A stretch of 37,655 nucleotides of DNA from Parvularia atlantis. Lineage: Eukaryota. The first letter of the stretch is position 1, and every line of letters begins with the position of its first letter. This document shows positions 34,145-37,655 of the stretch, piece by piece. Under the pieces are notes generated by a model. It was not told the DNA's origin and made no database searches. It saw only the letters and a program-made list of their open reading frames with translations. Made by a program: the position numbers and the translations under genes. The stretch covers positions 1-37,655 of the forward strand of contig CALSCO010000765.1 in assembly GCA_943704415.1 (NCBI GenBank), given 5' to 3'.

Positions 34145-37100
34145 TCAGAACAGCGCTTGTGCGTGCTGCGTCGGCCCCCGGGCGGTCAGCCGCCTGCCGC
34201 AGGCGGGCGTGCGTGCGGCGCACCTGCGCGCAGTAGACCTTTTCGTTGCGGATCTTGGCCGTGTCCTTTGTTAGTAGCTTCTTGCAGTAGTGGCAGATAA
34301 GGCACTCGGGGTGGCGCTTCTTCTCGAGGATGACGAGCGACTGGGCAACGACACCACGCGTTGGCCGACGTGTGCCGCGCACGGCACAGCCACGCGCGCA
34401 CCTTCCCGTGGATTGGCTTCATGCACACGTCGCACAGCGTGCCTTGTTGCCGGTGCAGGCACGTCTCGCACAGCAGCGTGCCGTCGCGCGAGAAGAAGCC
34501 CGGCGGCGGCACTGCGGCCTTGCATTCCTGCGTGCATGCACGGGTGTGAGCGTTCACGACAGCCGCAGCGCACAGTAAAGAGACGCACCGCGCATTTGAA
34601 GCACGCGATGTGGTACGATTGCTGCGCCGACATGACCACGGCGTTGGGCTCAACGGCCTTGGTGCACGCGGGGCACTGCCGCGCGCGGTGAGCCATGCGA
34701 GGCAGGACAGCAGCCCGCGCCGCACCTTCGGCAGCGTGTTGAGCCAGTCGTTGCGGCAGAGCAGCCCGTTGGCCGTCTCAAGCACCTGCTTGCGGTCGAT
34801 GTCCGTGGCCGTGAACGTCTTGGCGCACTGCGAGCTGCGCGCCGTCCCGGCTGTCAGGACGCGCCGAGCGGGCCCGCGACAGGGCGCGGCACACGCACCA
34901 GTACAGGCAGTGCGGGTGGTATGTCTTGTTGAACGCCTTGATGCCCGTGCCCTCGATCGACCCGAAACACGTTGCGCAGCTCTCGCTGCCGTACCCGCCG
35001 TACACAGACGCGACGCGTGGCGCGGCTGACTTGGCCGCCGCCTTCCCGGACGAGATCGATTCGAGGTCCAGCCCGTCCGCACCCAGCCCGCTCATCGCAC
35101 TCGTCAAGTTTGAGAGGATGTCGTCGAGCGCGCTGTCTTGCATGTCCTGCAGGTGCGTGTCGCTTGCGACCGCCGTGCCCGCTGCCGCTGCCGCCGCCGC
35201 GCTGGCGTCGTCCGCGGGCGGCTCCTCCTCCTGCGGCATCGCCGCCGCCTGCTGCATCATCTCGAGCAGCTCGGGCGACATGCCAAACGTGTTGAGGCCT
35301 GCGAGCGCCGTTTGGTGGTGCTTGCGCCATGCGCGCTCGCAAGGGTCAGCACACGCACCCGACAGCGCAAAGTCCAGCTGTGCGTTGCCGGTCTTGCCCG
35401 GCCCGTTGGCCTGCGGCACGACGACCACGGGCTTGACGGCGACGTCAAACACCTCCGTGTCTGCGCGACGGCGACGGGCTCAGCGCGCGCACACACAGGC
35501 GAGCGAGCCGTCCGCGCACCGTCCTCCATGCGCACGGCGAGCACGAGGAACTCGCACGCGCTGTTGAGCTCGTCCACGAGGCTCATGAGCTTGCGCACCT
35601 CCGGCGTGATCTCGACCGTGCTTGTCTGCGTGGCGACGACTGCGCGCGTGCGTGAGCCCTCCGACGGCGCGTGGAGCCGCGTGCGCACCCTTGGCCGCGC
35701 CCACGATCTCCTTCAGCTTGTCCTTGACCTGCGTCGCGTTCGCAAGGACGTTGTTCTTCCGTGCCGGCGTCGCCTCTGTGCCCAACAGCTGGTGCGCCTT
35801 GGTGATAAAGTCTTGGATGAGCGAGACGATCTCCTTGGTCCGCGCGACCGCGTCCTTGCCGCGCACGGCCACGAGCTGCTTGCCTGGCCGCCGGTTGAGC
35901 GAACGAGCAGCATGCGTGTGTGCACGGGCAGTCGCACCAAGCTTCTTGATCTCATCGAGCGAGTCGTCCAGGCTCGCCGCCTCCTTCTGGATCGCCTGCA
36001 CCTTGTTGGTCTCCTGCAGCTTGCGGATCATGTCCTCCGGGTTCTCACCTGTATGTCGCGCTGCCGTGAGCAAAGGGACGCATGCGCGCATGCCCACGCA
36101 CTGATCGGGATGAGCGTGCGCTTCATCGGGTTCGGCACGGCGACGCTCGTGTCGTGCGCGACGCTGCGCGACCCGGCAGACTTGATGGCTGTGCGCGCGC
36201 AGGACGACGACGGCGTGAGGCTTGCGTCGCCACTACACAGCATCGCGCCGCGCTCACACCCTCGATCCACGTCTTCATCGACGCCTCGTCGTCGCAGGCT
36301 AGGTGCACGGCCCTGCCCTCGTGCTCGATGTCGAAGCTGTCGACGCGTGTGGGCACGCAGCACGCTTGGGCAATGTGTGCGCACCGCCACGACGCCTTCG
36401 AGCCCGAGAGTGCACCCAGCAGCGAGCTCTTCTTCTCCTGGCCGAGCTCGACCGTCTTACGCTCGTCGACGTGGTCGAGTTCGTCCACGGGCTCGTGGTC
36501 CTGCGCGCGCTCGCCGTGAGCACGGTGTCGCGCAGCCGGTGCGCACGCACGTCCTTGTCCTTGAACGAGAACAGGCTCGTGCCGCGCAGCGAGAACCACC
36601 GGCGCGTCCACAGCGGCAGCTTGGAGCTCTTGATCTCCATGAAGCCCTCCTTGTCGGCGCCGAGGTGCAGCTGGTTCTCGGCCTCGGGCTGCGGCGCGGC
36701 GGCGTGAGTGCCCATGTACTAAGCACCCGCGCGCCGACCGCGACGCACGAGCACTTGGTACTGGAAGAACGTGTTGTTGCTGTTCTCCCACGCGGTCTTG
36801 AGCTTGAGCACCTTCTCGTCGTTAGACAGCTTGCGCAGCTCCTGCGCGTCGCGCGGCGTGAGCACTGCGCACGCCCAACGCGAGAATAGCGGCGCACCTG
36901 CTTGCCGTCGTAGTTGCCCATCAGGCCGAAGCGCTTCTCGTCGCGCGCAAAGCCAAAGTACGACTTGATCTGCGCGCCGGCACAAGCGCGTCAGCACCGG
37001 ACCGCCCTCTCCCGCCGGCAGCTGCACGCACCTCGTTGTTGAGCTGCTGCACCGTCGTCTCCTCCGATACGTAGAACGTCGCGCGCGTCTCGCTCTTGCC

Positions 37101-37655
37101 GGCGGTCATGCGGAAGTAGATGTTGAAATTGACGACGATCTCGTGGTCGACGCGCACGAGCTTGAGCATGAACTACCGACGTCGTGAGCGGCAGCGGAGG
37201 CGGCGCGCACACGGCGGGCCGCTTTGGCACCTTGATGGTCTTGTCGGCGTCCCACTCCTTGCGCAGCGCGGCGATGTTGGTCGTGGCGTCGAGCGGGCGC
37301 TCGACGGGCACTGCGCGCGGTCGCGCCGTCAACACCGTCCGCCTCGCGCTGCCTCCCCGTCGGTCGTCCCCTGCGACGCACCCGTGCCGATCGTCTTGAG
37401 CTCGCACAGCCGGTGCCGCTTGCGCTCTTCCGGCGAGAGCTTGTCCGTGAGACGCGCGAGCACGTCCTTGGCCGTGTCGAACGTCTTGATCGGCTCAAGC
37501 ATGGTCTCGCCCGTGGGCAGCAGCACGCGCACGTCCTGGCACGAGAGCAGCGGCGCGCGGTGGCGGCACGAGGGGCACGTCCATGTTCAGAAACATGGCC
37601 GGTGCAGCTTTCTCCACAGCGTTGCTGTTTTCATCCGCCGCGTCTGCCGCAGACC
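34145..37655 (-). CDS. Multidomain adaptor: two RA/ubiquitin-like domains, PH, helical bundle, LD-like motif, three LIM domains (5' end beyond window)
   Basis: Ub-like segments (VRVLLPTGE..TAKDVL..RLCE..ERPLD; NIYF..TFYVSEETTVQQL..RFGL..ELRKLSNDEKVL); PH (KEGFMEIK..WTRRWFSLRGTSLFSFKD..LACDDEASMKTWIE); LDDILSNL; LIMs CATC..HPHCLYCSQC..CRND, CPAC..HIACFKCAEC..CETC, CDVC..HPECLICHYC..CAQH. The frame stays open to the window end. Confidence 0.85.

Noticed and set aside
35138..36889. Long antisense or off-frame ORFs (583 aa here; also 14557-16368, 8336-10048, 7561-8853, 4404-5798)
   Set aside because: Arg/Ala/Pro-rich shadow frames expected from very high GC and few stop codons; they overlap well-supported spliced genes.
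1..37655. A functional gene cluster spanning the window
   Set aside because: Neighbouring genes have unrelated functions and mixed orientations, as expected for a compact eukaryotic chromosome.

Overview
Very GC-rich, extremely compact eukaryotic nuclear DNA, probably from a unicellular opisthokont or close relative (inferred from gene content, not established). It holds about 20 protein-coding genes split by many short spliceosomal introns (mostly about 45-90 nt; donors GTGCG/GTACG/GTGAG, branch points CTGAC/CTCAC/CTAAC, acceptors mostly CAG), so most ORF-track entries are exon fragments or GC-rich shadow ORFs. Genes read by manual exon stitching: GatB/PET112, TMEM50/Vps68, ALG12, an NTF2 + PABPN1-type RRM protein, an LCL3-like SNase, a crotonase ending in SKL, an intronless orphan membrane protein, TVP18/Flower, DUG2, an F-BAR-PH-C2-RasGAP, BTA1, Hikeshi/OPI10, mitochondrial EF-G2, an F-box protein, a JTB homologue, RLP24, an orphan Pro-rich protein, an FSH1/OVCA2 hydrolase, and a partial RA-RA-PH-helical bundle-LD-3xLIM adaptor. 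The most notable points are three unusual multidomain fusions, at least five GC-AG introns, divergent start codons only 5 bp apart, and a triplicated 41-bp unit that contains both start codons of a head-to-head gene pair. Gene spans include introns, boundaries are manual estimates, and family calls rest on recognised motifs rather than database searches. No RNA genes, CRISPR arrays or transposons were recognised.
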